Source: the human T2T-CHM13v2.0 reference genome, Homo sapiens
Strand: one strand, 5' to 3'
Assembly (NCBI RefSeq): GCF_009914755.1
Contig: NC_060939.1
DNA length: 64,000 nucleotides
In this document: positions 1 through 15,161 of the stretch, piece by piece
Numbering within the stretch: the first letter of the stretch is position 1
Layout of the letters: every line of letters begins with the position of its first letter
Notes under the pieces: model-generated
Databases searched by the model: none
What the model saw: the letters and a program-made list of their open reading frames with translations, nothing else
What the model was told of the DNA's origin: nothing
Position numbers and translations under genes: made by a program

Positions 1-195
1 TGTTTTATTTAACCTCCACATCCATCCTGGGAAAGATGTTAAGTGTTAATAGTTCCACTTTACAAATAGGACACAAGGCTCAGAGAAGCTGTCAGAGGTC
101 TGAGGTCACACAGGTAAGGAAAGCAGCTCAGCCAGAACTAAAGGGGCGTGAGTTTCTGGGTGGCCCAGAGTTACTGATGAGAACCCAGCTCTTCT

Positions 196-633
<438 letters not shown>

Positions 634-945
634 TGACACCACTGCCAATGCCCTGCCCTCATATTGCAAGGCTCCCAGAGTGGCAAACCATCTGTGCGTA
701 AAGATCTCAAGCAATGTCACTCCACATAGCTCTTCCTCGGTAGCACTGTTGTTTGCTCATTATTCTTCCTCTTTTTGCTTCCTCTTCCTCTTCTCTCACC
801 ATAAATTATATCCTTTGCCTAAGGAATACATTAATTCTGCTTAAATAAAGATAACAGCAGCCTCACCCCTGCACTCAGCTAATTGAGGGCCATCACTTGC
901 ACAGCCAGCCATGGACACGCCCAGGGCATACCCACCATTTACTGA

Positions 946-1252
<307 letters not shown>

Positions 1253-1299
1253 ACCCACTTACTGAGCTGTTAACAACCTGACATTCTCACCACAAGTCT

Positions 1300-1450
1300 C
1301 AGAAGTCAGTTTTCATTTGCCTACTTTACAGATGGAGCAATAATGGCTCAGAAGGTCTCTCATGGCTTGTTCAAGGTCACACAACTTATAAGTGACAGCC
1401 AGACTTGAACCTAAGTCTACTTGAAGCTAATGCCCATGTTCTTCATGCCA
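1300..1450 (-). mobile_element. MIR
   Basis: tttacagatggagcaat..caaggtcacacaac core. Confidence 0.65.
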
Positions 1451-1574
1451 TGGTTCCAACTGAGGGGAACCCAAGCTATAACTAGCTTTTGCTCTCTCCA
1501 TTTTAGGATCCTTCCAGTTAAAAAGAAGCTTTAGCATGCTTGTAAGTTAGGCCAGGCTTGGAGCTATCGAATGA

Positions 1575-1812
1575 CAATAATATTGTTATTTTTTCCCATA
1601 TTTTGAGCACTTATGCAGGCATTGTCGCCTCATTTTATCAGTCAGTCCTTGCAAATGCTTTGTGAAGTGGATGCTGCTATCCCCATTTTACAGATGAGAT
1701 ATCTGAGGCCCAGGAGGCTCAGTAACTTGCTACCAGCACCCAGCTTGTGAGTGATGAGTTGAGGATTTAGACCCAGGTCTGGCTGATGCCTATGCCCTTG
1801 TCTTTAACCACT
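1575..1812 (-). mobile_element. MIR
   Basis: ccccattttacagatgagatatctgaggc core. Confidence 0.75.
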
Positions 1813-2261
1813 TCTCTCCCCACCTTGCCTGCCAGGTTTACTGTTCTTTCAAACATGACATGAATTCTCTGTGCCTCTGGAGATCGGCCAGGAGAGGCAG
1901 GTTTGGTCAATTTGGCCATCGGGAGACTCGGAACACCCTGAATTCGCTGTCACTTTGGTTCTACCTGGGGCTGGCTGCGTTTCCCCACAGGAGAACGGCT
2001 CTGAGTTTCAGGATGGTGCCAGATGACAGCTAGAGTGTCTGCTAGAACTCTGGGAACATATGTGACTTCCCTATTTGGAGGTACAGAAAAGACTGGAGCT
2101 CAGACTGTTTAAAAACAGTTCCTTTTCTTTCAGCAGGACATGTGTGCAGTGCTCATTTTCCAAAGAGGAGGAGAAGAGCAGGGTATTTAGGTCAACAGCA
2201 GGGGATCCATGAGTCTGCCATGGGACTCACTAATGCAGGAGTAGAGAGAGAACCAGTGAGA

Positions 2262-2715
2262 GCTCTTTTGGTTGCAAGTGACAGGAAATCCAACCCAAAC
2301 TTTTTTGGTTAAAGCAAAAAGTGGACTTATTCGCTCATAAAGCAGACAAGCCTAAGCGTACAGTCAATCTTCAGGGGCAGCTTCATCGAAGAATCAAGTC
2401 TCTACTTCCCCTCTCTGCTCTACTCCACACTAGTTTCACTTTCCTGTCATTGCAAGATGGTGGCCATAGCTCCAAACCTTACGCTCTCTCGGGAAAAGGT
2501 AAGTACAATAAGTCCAACAACTAATTGAATTCTACTGTCCCTAGCTGGCCTGACTTGGCTCAAAAGTGACATAAAGAAATGTGATGCATTAATGGGCTGG
2601 ACATGGGCCCATGCCACACTTGTGACTGGATCAACACCACCCAACTGCATGGACTTTGAGTAGGCAAGGGATAGTGCCCTCAAACCAAAATTGGGATGCA
2701 TTATAAGAAGCAAGA
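2262..2715. mobile_element. MLT1-family (MLT1J/K/L-like) MaLR LTR
   Basis: ggttgcaagtgacaggaaatccaacccaaac..ggttaaagcaaaaagtggacttatt..caagatggtggcc resembles the old MLT1 consensus. Confidence 0.6.
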
Positions 2716-2717
2716 TG

Positions 2718-3010
2718 AGGCTGGGCATGGTGGCTCATGCCTGTAATCCCAGCACTTTGGGAGGCTGATCACCTGAGGTCAGGAGTTCGAAACCAGCCTG
2801 ACCAACATGGTGAAACCCCGTCTTTACTAAAAATACAAAAAAATTAGCCAGGCATGGTGGCGGATGCCTGAAATCCCAGCTACTCGGGAGGCTAAGGCAG
2901 GAGAATCGCTTGAACCCAGGAGGCAGAGGTTGCGGTGAGCCGAGATCGCACTCCAGCCTCGTCAACAAGAGTGAAACTGTCTCAAAAATTAAAAAAAAAA
3001 AAAAAAAAGA
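2718..3010 (+). mobile_element. AluS
   Basis: Dimer with small deletions and A tail. Confidence 0.9.
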
Positions 3011-3035
3011 AGCAAGATCAGCGGATGCTGCATGT

Positions 3036-3150
3036 GGAAGGAACGAAGGAAGGAAGGAAGAAAGGAAGGAAGGAAGGGAGGGAGGAAGAGAGGGAGGGAG
3101 CGAGGAAGGGAGGGAGGAAGGATGGAAGCAAAGAAAAAGAAAGAGAGGAA
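3036..3150 (+). repeat. (GGAA)n/GA-rich simple repeat
   Basis: Direct reading. Confidence 0.9.
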
Positions 3151-3440
3151 AAAACCCCACTTGGGGTAAGCAAATTCACATACAAACACGTGGTTACATA
3201 CAGATACGCCAAATAGCTTACAGACAGGTTATGGTCCAAAAATTCATTTGTAAATCAGTTTAGAACTTAGCACCTTTTTTACCCATGTGGAGAAAAGGGT
3301 GGTGGAATTTTCAATTGTCAAATTCCCAGTCTAAGAGATTTTTATTTAATGTGTAATATAGTGGAAATGCTGAATTTTTGAAATGAAAAAACAGAAAGCA
3401 AGTCTTACAACCATGGATGATAAATAAGAAAGATTTGGGG

Positions 3441-4567
3441 CTCTGCCTCTGCCTCTGCCCTCTGCCTCTGCCTCTCCCCATGGTCTCCCTCTCCCCATGG
3501 TCTCCCTCTCCCTCTCTTTCCACGGTCTCCCTCTCATGCCGAGCTGAAGCTGGACTATACTGCTGCCATCTCGGCTCACTGCAACCTCCCTGCCTGATTC
3601 TCCTGCCTCAGCCTGACTGGTTTTCGTATTTTTTTGGTGGAGATGGGGTTTCGCTGTGTTGGCCGGGCTGGTCTCCAGCTCCTAACCGCGAGTGATCCGC
3701 CAGCCTCGGCCTCCCGAGGTACCGGGATTGCAGACCGAGTCTGGTTCACTCAGTGCTCAATGGCGCCCAGGCTGGAGTGCAGTGGCGTGATCTCGGCTCG
3801 CTACAACCTCCACCTCCCAGCCGCCTGCCTTGGCCTCCCAAAGTGCCGAGATTGCAGCCTCTGCCCGGCCGCCACCCCGTCTGGGAAGTGAGGAGCGTCT
3901 CTGCCTGGCCGCCATCCCATCTGGGAAGTGAGGAGCGCCTCTTCCCGGCCGCCATCACATCTAGGAAGTGAGGAGCGTCTCTGCCCGGCCGCCGATCGTC
4001 TGGGATGTGAGGAGCGCCTCTGCCCGGCCGCCACCCCGTCTGGGAGGTGAGGAGCGTCTCTGCCCAGCCACCCCGTCTGAGAAGTGAGGAGCCTCTCCGC
4101 CCGGCAGCCACCCCGTCCGGGAGGGAGGTGGGGGTGGTCAGCCCCCCGCCCGGCCAGCCGCCCCATCCGGGAGGTGAGGGGCGCCTCTGCCCGGCCGCCC
4201 CTACTGGGAAGTGAGGAGCCCCTCTGCCTGGCCACCACCCCGTCTGGGAGGTGTGCCCAACAGCTCATTGAGAAGGGGCCAGGATGACAATGGCGGTTTT
4301 GTGGAATAGAAAGGGGGGAAAGGTGGGGAAAAGATTGAGAAATCGGATGGTTGCCGTGTCTGTGTAGAAAGAAGTAGACATGGGAGACTTTTCATTTTGT
4401 TCTGTACTAAGAAAAATTCTTCTGCCTTGGGATCCTGTTGATCTGTGACCTTACCCCCAACCCTGTGCTCTCTGAAACATGTGCTGTGTCCACTCAGAGT
4501 TAAATGGATTAAGGGCGGTGCAAGATGTGCTTTGTTAAACAGAAAAAAAAAAAAAAAAAAAAAAAAA
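3441..4567 (+). mobile_element. SVA retrotransposon (D/E-like), short VNTR, 3'-truncated SINE-R, poly(A)
   Basis: Hexamer-like head, Alu-like domain, GC-rich VNTR (~3860-4250), SINE-R, A25 tail. TSD AAGAAAGATTTGGG at 3426-3439 and 4566-4579. Confidence 0.95.
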
Positions 4568-5124
4568 GAAAGATTTGGGATCCGAAACCCTGTCATCATT
4601 TGTTATGAGTGCTGATGCTAGAGAAAAGCACGTTTAATTAATGAGAATGAGCTGGCAGATGGAGGCTCCAGAGGGGATCTGAAGGGGGCTTCTGAGCATG
4701 TCCAAGGGCTCAGGGGGTTGACACGGGTCTCTTTGTAATGCTTAATTTTCCTTCATGTGATATGGTTTTCCTTTTTTTTTTATATATATATAATATGGGT
4801 GTATCTAGGAGAATACACCTCTCCTATTTTCTTTTTACAGGTGTACAAAGAAAATGTGAATCTTTGCAACCCCACCATGTTTCCAGCCATTTTTTTTTTT
4901 ACTCACAAGTGGACTCCACAGGAGGGAGGGGAGAGCAGGAGGTTGTCTCACAGCACCTGGGCAAGAGGTGGCAAAAGGAAGGCAGGTGAGGCGCTGAGAA
5001 GAAGGAGAAAAGCATGAAGTGAACTTGAGGAGCTGGGTCTGCAGAGGAATGACCTGCACCTGCTGCAAGATGTCCCCGCCTTCTTTATCACTGTGATGAG
5101 ATGTATTCAAACTCACGTTTCCCA

Positions 5125-5758
<634 letters not shown>

Positions 5759-5922
5759 TCATGCTTCCCAATACTCAGCATTTCCTCTCTCAGACTATCT
5801 AGAAGTATGGGGGCAGCCACCAAGCTATCCCTAGGAATAGCTGCCCCCTCCTCCACATTGGTCACTAAGGACAATTCTCTGACATACCTGTATGCAGTTT
5901 CCACTCCCATGAAGCAAGTAGA

Positions 5923-6200
5923 TTTTTTTTTTTTTTTTGAGACGGAGTCTCACTCTGTGGTCCAGGCTGGAGTGGCAATCTCGGCTCATTGAAACCTCCA
6001 CCTCCCAGGTTCAAGTGATTCTCCTGCCTCAGCCTCCCAAGTAGCTAGCACCACCAGGCCTGACTAATTTTTGTATCTTTAGTAGAGACGGGGTTTCAAT
6101 ATGTTGGCCAGGCTGGTCTGAAACCCATGACCTCAGGTGATCCACCCGCCTCAGCCTCCCAAAGTGCTAGGATTACAGGCGTGAGCCACCATGCCCAGCT
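5923..6200 (-). mobile_element. AluS
   Basis: TSD gaagcaag(t/c)agatt. Confidence 0.9.
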
Positions 6201-6202
6201 GA

Positions 6203-6628
<426 letters not shown>

Positions 6629-6631
6629 TAG

Positions 6632-7407
<776 letters not shown>

Positions 7408-7908
7408 TATTGCATTAATTTTAATGACCAACGTTTACCAAGCACTTACTACCTGCCACCGTCAGCTTTCTCCACTTAAGCACCCCAGCCTTAGAGCGGG
7501 AGCAAGACACCAACTATGAATCTGGTGCTTGCTACACTCTGATACTCCCTTCCACTTGGCCCCCACAGCCCCTGTATCAGTGAATCCCTGCTTCCTCGAA
7601 CATCTTCTTCCTGGCTTGGATGTCCAATCAAATCCCGCCCCCTACCAGTTCCTTCATTATTAGAAAACAACTTTGCAGTCTCTATTTGACTGGGCGATTG
7701 AAGCCTGCACGTCTGTTCATTCATTCATTTCACAGTATTGATTGAGCACTGGGACTCGGAGGTTTGAAGGAAGATATGGTCCCTATCCTTTTGGAACCGC
7801 AAGCCAGGATGAGAGGGGCAGGACACACAGTGTTATAAACAATTAAATAGTTACTAGTGCACAAAATGCTGCCATGAAGTTTGGGGAGCTATGGTAGGGG
7901 CTTACCAG

Positions 7909-8763
7909 TGAGAAAAAGAAAAATAGCTCAGAGCAGTCCGAGCTATGTGAGGTATGCAAAATTTATCAGGTCTAGAGAGACAGGACTATGGGATTTCAGT
8001 CCTGCATCCCATGCCCATGGGATGGGGTCACCCATGCCCAGCGGCAATTGTTCAATGACATTTTGTTCTTTCTTTTCTCCCTTGTAATTTCCTGACTAGC
8101 CGCCTCACCCATTATCTTCATGTTCCTGAAATTTGTGATACAAAGAGCAATGTATAGCCAATTAATAGCTATGTTCTTCTTTTCTTTTTTCTTTTTTTTT
8201 TTTTTCTTGAGACAGAGTCTCACTCTGTCGCCCAGGCTGGAGTACAGCAGCGCCATCCTCGGCTCACTGCAACTTCCACCTCCCAGGTTCAAGCAGTTCT
8301 CCTGTCTCAGCCTCCCGAGTAGCTGGGACCACAGATATGTGCCACCATGCCCGGCTAATTTTTGTATTTTTAGTAGAGACAGGGTTTTACCATGTTGCCA
8401 AGACTGCTCTTGAACTCCTGGCCTCTTGTAATCCACCCTCCTCGGCCTCCCAAGGTGCTGGGATTACAGGTGTGGGCCACCGGCGCAGGGCTGCCATTAT
8501 TTTCATGCAAATTCTTGGTAAACAATTTAGGAACTGCCTCTTTGTTTTTCATTTAAAAACCCACTAGTTGCTATAACCACTGAGTACTAAAACAAACAAA
8601 CACACAACAACAACAACAACAAAACCCACCTGTAACTTCTGCTAATCAGAGTGTATATTCAGGGCAACTTGAATCTATGCTCCCAAGTTGCAGTTTCCAA
8701 ACTAGCCCCAGATAAATTCTCTACTTGTATTAATTTGCCTCAGTTTCTTTCTGTAAGTTAACG
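7909..8763 (+). mobile_element. 5' LTR (MER4-group ERV1; exact family such as LTR56 uncertain), split by an Alu
   Basis: TG start, blocks shared with the 3' LTR (cattttgttctttc, aatttgtgata, aaattcttggtaaacaa), followed by a PBS-like TGG at ~8768. Confidence 0.75.
8177..8492 (-). mobile_element. Alu within the ERV 5' LTR
   Basis: Full dimer. Confidence 0.9.
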
Positions 8764-9126
8764 TATCTGGCACAGATCCACAGGATTCAGAGTGACCGCC
8801 ACTGACTACCCAGTGTTCCCTCTGAGACTCAGTGCTGGGTGCCAGCCTCACTCTATTGTGTTCCTTTGACTCCAGTAATTTCAAACCCTCTCTTTCATTT
8901 AAGAATCAGGGCTTTGGTCTCTGTCTCTACACAGAAGATTCAGGAAAAGAGCTCTGCTGAGGACTTCTGCCTTCTCCAACTCTGCTTCAGGGCAAAAGGA
9001 TCCAGTTATCGGCTGTCAGGTGCTGGTGGTTTCACCTCTCTTGGCAGAAAATAATGTAGCATTGCTTTTAAAATTGCAGCCCTCCTATTGATTGTAATTC
9101 AGACTTGTCTTTGAATTTCTGACTAA

Positions 9127-9495
<369 letters not shown>

Positions 9496-9726
9496 TAATA
9501 CACCCAAACTCCCTGAAAATGTTTAAATTCTCTCTGTGCATTGAGATGCAAGTTTGCTACTCTGTTTTCTCAAAAACTTGACAAGGGCTTCAATAAGCTT
9601 TAACTTACTCCATTTAACAAGGCACAATTTAATCCAACTGTCCTTTTAAACTAGTGAGTTTTACCAGTTTTATGGCTAAAACTTTAAGTAAAAGCATTAA
9701 CATCATTATTTTTGTGTCTGTGTAGG

Positions 9727-10031
9727 TTTTTTTTGTTTGTTTGTTTTGGATTTTTTGTTTGTTGGTTTTTTGAGACAAAGTCTCACTGTGTCACCCAGGC
9801 TGGAGTACCTTGACTTTCTGGGCTCAGGCAGTCCTCCCACCCTAGCCTCCCAAGTAGCTGGGACAATAGATGAGCACCACCCACACCCAGCTGATATTTT
9901 TAAAAATTATTTTTGTAGAGATGGGATCTCCTTATGTTGGCCAGGCTAGCCTCAAATTTTGGGCTCAAGTGATCCTCCAGCCCCAGCCTCCCAAAGTGCT
10001 GCGATTACAAGCATGAGCCACCCACCTGGCC
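9727..10031 (-). mobile_element. AluJ
   Basis: Diverged dimer. Confidence 0.85.
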
Positions 10032-10149
10032 TGTCTGTATTTTTTATGTATACAGCATACATGTCTTTGTTTGTATACTGTCTACATGGTTCCAAGTTGA
10101 CTTGTAATAAATGAATGTTCATAAATTAAATACGTAAATCCAAATGCCT

Positions 10150-10198
10150 TTCTTCTCTCCCTTTCTTTCTTTCTTTCTTTCTTTCTCTTTCTTCCTTC

Positions 10199-10232
<34 letters not shown>

Positions 10233-10290
10233 CACTCTCCTTCCTTCCTTCCTTCTTTCCTTCATTCTTTCTTTCTTTTGTTCTTTCTTT
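10150..10290 (+). repeat. (CTTT)n/(CCTT)n simple repeat (expanded Alu tail)
   Basis: Direct reading. Confidence 0.9.
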
Positions 10291-10440
10291 TTTTGAGACA
10301 GGGTCTCACTCTGTCACGCAGGCTGGTATGCAGTGATGTGATCATAGCTTGCTGCATCTTTGAACTTCTGGGCTCAAGTGATCCCCTGCTTCAGCCTCCT
10401 GAGTAGCTAGGACTACAGGTACATGCCACCATGCCTGGCT
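10288..10440 (-). mobile_element. Alu right monomer (AluJ/FRAM)
   Basis: Single arm. Confidence 0.8.
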
Positions 10441-11184
10441 ACCAAATGCTTTTTAAGTTCATGTGACTTTAGTCATCTTTTATAAATAAAACTAGTTTTA
10501 AAATCGTTGGTAATATGAAATTAGGATTTTTCAGAATTGTCGGTATTAAATATAGTTAAGACATTTTTGCCTGGGTCTATGGGTTGGACGGGTTTTACTG
10601 TCTTTGCTAGATATTTTAAGGTCATACAGCTGTTGCTTCTGTAATTTTTTTATACTTTCTTGATTTATTTGTGAGCTAAAGCTGTGTGAGTGGCTGCTAG
10701 GCTTCCCTGAAGCATTGCATACATCTTACTGTGAGCTTCCGTCTTTGGTTTTGCACCTTTAGAGTCTGGATTCTACACAGGTGTCCATAGTAAGCCCTGA
10801 AGACATATGTATGTCTATAGCACCTAAGCCACCAGTGACAGGGCAGAGACAAACCCAATATGTCCTCCCTGGCCCAGCTGTGTTTCCTACCCATGTGGGA
10901 AAGGGTCAGATCCTCCAGGCATTGTCTTCACAGCTCCATCCTAAGCTCTACACCTGGCATATAAATTCAGGATCGAGATGGGCTCGCCCTTCATTGCCAT
11001 CCTTGGTGCCACATGGGTACTTGGGACCCAAGATGACTGAGGAAGACACTGGGGAGGGTACTTGTATATTATAAGTCATCTTATCTTAAATTAATGAATA
11101 TGTAATCATAAAATGTCTAAGTCATTTCTAAGTAAGTTAAAATACTGAAATATTAAACATAAGCTTATGTACTTGGGCATCTTA

Positions 11185-11490
11185 TTTCTTTCTTTTCTTC
11201 TCTTTTTTTTTAGATAGAGTCTTGCTCTGTCACCCAGGCTGGAGTGCAGTGGCACAATCCCAACTCACTGCAACCTCACTTCCCTGGCTGAAGCGATCCT
11301 CCCACCTCAGCCTTGCAAGTAGCTGAGACCACAAGCATGCACCACCACGCCCAGCTAATTTTTTGTTTTTTGTAGAGATAAGATTTCACTATGTTGCCCA
11401 GGCTGGTCTTGAACTCCTGAGTTCAAGTGATCCATCTGCCTCAGCCTCCCAAAGTGCTAGGATTACAGGCCTGAGCCGCCATGCCTGGGC
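11185..11490 (-). mobile_element. AluJ
   Basis: Full dimer. Confidence 0.85.
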
Positions 11491-11832
11491 AGCATCTCAT
11501 TTTCATATGGTATAGAAAAGCTAAAATACATTTAGATCGGTTAATAAACAAAAAAAATGAAGTAACATCTTCCTAAAAAGTTATGAAATGGTTTTCATCT
11601 ATAAATAATGATATAAAATAGTTCAAAATAACTTATAGGTTTTTCACTAGAAACTAAGGTTACTAAGAGATAAAATTGTAGTTAATATGTGGAATTAAAA
11701 CTACTAGTTCTAAGAGAAGCAATTATTTATACAGAACATATCAGAAAAATAGGATGTGTTTTTGGCAAAGAAGATTGTAAAGAAGGCATGACAGTGTGGT
11801 TTTTGTTCAAGGAAAAGTAATTTTGTCTGGGA

Positions 11833-12131
11833 TTTTTTTTCTTTTTTTTTTAGGGACAGGATCTTGCTTTGTCACCCAGGCTGGAGTACAGTGGCACCAT
11901 CAATAGCTCACTACAGCCTCAAACTCCTGGGCTCAAATAATCCTCCTGCCTCAGCCTCCTGAGCAGCTAGGACTACAGGCATGTGCCACTGCACCCAGCT
12001 AATTTTTTTTTTTGTAGGTATAGGGTCTCACTATGTTGCCTAGACTGGTCTCAAACTCCTGGTCTCAAGCAATCCTCCCATCTCAGCCTCCCAAAATGCT
12101 GGAATTACAAGTGGGAGGCACCACACCAGCC
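11833..12131 (-). mobile_element. AluJ
   Basis: Full dimer. Confidence 0.85.
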
Positions 12132-12254
12132 TTGTCTGGAGGTTTTTAAATGTTGTTTTAAATAGAAGAGATTTTTTAAAAAAGAATGACACATAAAACT
12201 GATTGGATATGGAAACTTGGGGAAAGAGATAATGTGGGAAACTTGTGACATTAT

Positions 12255-12945
12255 ACAACTGGTGAAACACACATCATAAAAAATCAATTGGCAGGTTGGG
12301 CATGGTGGCTCATGCCTGTAATCCCAGCACTTTGGGAGGCAGAGGTAAGAGATCACTTGACCCAGGAGTTTGAGACCAGCCTGGGCAACATGGTGAGACC
12401 CCATCTCTACCAAAAAAAAAAAAAAAAAAAAATTAACCGGGTATAGTGGTGTATGCCTGTAGTCCCAGCTACTTGGGAGGCTGAGGAGGGAGAATCGCTT
12501 GAGCCCGGAGGTTTGAGGCAGCAGTTAGCAGAGATTGCAGGGTGACGAGCAAGTCACTGTCTCAAAAAAAAAAAAGAAGACCAAAAAAACCCACAACAAT
12601 CAACTGGCAAAGCTTACAGAAACCTTTAACCTTCCCTGGCCTAAGGCTCCTCCATTTGCTTAACTTATATTCTACTCTAGAAAACTTCAGCTCTCTTCCT
12701 TTGAAATAAAAACAGGAAGGCCATGCTACTAACCAGCTTTCCTTAAAGGTGATATTCTTCTTCATTGCCAAGGCCTTATAAGCTTCTCATTAAAAATTCT
12801 AAATTAATGAAGGATTCTTGCAACAGCAAGCTCCTGAAAGATGAAGACATCAAACATTATGGTCTCCAACCTGGAGATTTTGTTTATTAGAAAACAACAT
12901 CAAATAAAGAACTTTCAGCCACACTGGAAGGCACCGTATCAGGCA
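12255..12945 (+). pseudogene. ERV pol integrase remnant (frameshifted, split by an Alu at 12294-12597)
   Basis: Translates piecewise to IKNQLAKLTETFNLPWPKA, QLSSFEIKTGRP, LKGDILLHCQGLI, DEDIKHYGLQPGDFVY*, HQIKNFQPHWKAPYQ. These are typical class I ERV integrase core and GPY/F C-terminal motifs. Confidence 0.75.
12294..12597 (+). mobile_element. AluJ in ERV pol
   Basis: TSD aatcaa(t/c)tggca. Confidence 0.85.
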
Positions 12946-13009
12946 GCTGAACCTGAGTGGACATCTTCATCACTGGAGGTCTTTACTGCCTTGTTCTTCA
13001 GACCAGGAC

Positions 13010-13220
13010 AAGAAGTAGATGAAATATTTATTTGGTTACCTTCAGGAATAGGAACATTACTCAAATCTGGATTTCAAATTGTTTTGTTAATAATTGTCCT
13101 TATTTGCATCATATTTTTTACTCTTAAATTGACAATGCTTTGTATTTCTAGATATCTAAAGTCAACAATGAAAACAACTAGTCACGATATCGTGATAGCT
13201 AGACACTTAGAAATGATTCA
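13010..13220 (+). pseudogene. ERV env TM C-terminal remnant (membrane anchor)
   Basis: EIFIWLPSGIGTLLKSGFQIVLLIIVLICIIFFTLKLTMLCISR sits upstream of the PPT/3' LTR. This is a Trp-containing membrane-proximal segment plus a hydrophobic anchor. Confidence 0.6.
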
Positions 13221-13535
13221 GCTGTGCCATTAGCACACGCCTGCAATCCCAGAACTTTGGAAGGCTGAGGTGGGAGATGGCTTGGGCCCAAGAGTCTGAG
13301 ACCAGCCTGGGCAACATAGTGGGACCCCCATCTCTACAAAAAATTTAAAAATAAGCCAGGCATGGTGGCATGCCCCTGTAGTGCCAGCTACTTGGGAAGC
13401 TGAGACAGGGGGATCACTTGAGTCCAGGTCAAGGTGGCAGTGACCTATGATCGCACTTTGCACTCCAGCCTGGGTGACAGAGCAAGACCCTGTCTCAGGA
13501 AAAAAAAAAAAAAGAAAGAAAGAAAGAAAGAAAAC
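13221..13535 (+). mobile_element. AluJ in the ERV env remnant
   Basis: TSD agaaatgat(t/c)ca. Confidence 0.85.
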
Positions 13536-13655
13536 AGAAATGATCCAACCAACATGCCTTGGCTCGCTTGTAGGTGGAGGGTGACTGGCCTGAGAGCCCA
13601 TTGCTATGTCCCTTTGTGCTGCTAATCAATTAGGCCTTGAGAATTCACTAAATTC

Positions 13656-13970
13656 TTTTTTTCTTTTCTTTTTTCTCTTTCTTTTTTTTTTTTTTTTTGA
13701 GATGGAGTTTCATTCTTGTTGCCCAGGCTGGTGTGATCTCGGCTCACCGCAACTTCCGCCTCCCAGGTTCAAGCAATTCTCCTGCCTCAGCCTCCCAAGT
13801 AGCTGGGATTACAGGTATGCACCACCACACCCGGCTAAGTTTGTATTTTTAGTAGAGACGGGGTTTCTCCACATTGGTCAGGCTGGTCTCGAACTCCTGA
13901 TCTCAGGTGATCCACCTGCCTCGGCCTCTCAAAGTGTTGGGATTACAGGCGTGAGCCACTGCGCCTGGCC
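13656..13970 (-). mobile_element. AluS
   Basis: TSD agaattcactaaattctt. Confidence 0.9.
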
Positions 13971-14136
13971 CAAGAATTCACTAAATTCTTAAGCAATAGT
14001 ATCTCTCCTTTTTCCCTCCTATGTGGGACAATATTACCTGGGAATGAGCCTTCCCAACGATGCGGGACAAACTTAAACCTACAATGTTGATCCTCAATGC
14101 CTTTGGAAGAGAAATATATCTATCAAAAGGGAGAAT

Positions 14137-14972
<836 letters not shown>

Positions 14973-15161
14973 CCAGCTGAAAGACATATGTGTTAATTCT
15001 GTTTTTCTATTTTCTAATTTATTCATGTCTTCCTTCCTCATCTTAGGATTTTGTTTTTTAATATTTTTAGATTTAATATTTTAGATTGTTACATGAATGA
15101 TTATTTTGTTTATTTAACTTTTTCTAGGTTTAATAATACAATTATTTTAAAATCTAAATAC

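Noticed and set aside
3860-4250. Regularly spaced ~40-bp repeats superficially like a CRISPR array
   Set aside because: This is the SVA VNTR: no unique spacers, eukaryotic context, no cas genes.
3634-4599. Several 70-155 aa ORFs
   Set aside because: They are translations of SVA VNTR/SINE-R sequence.
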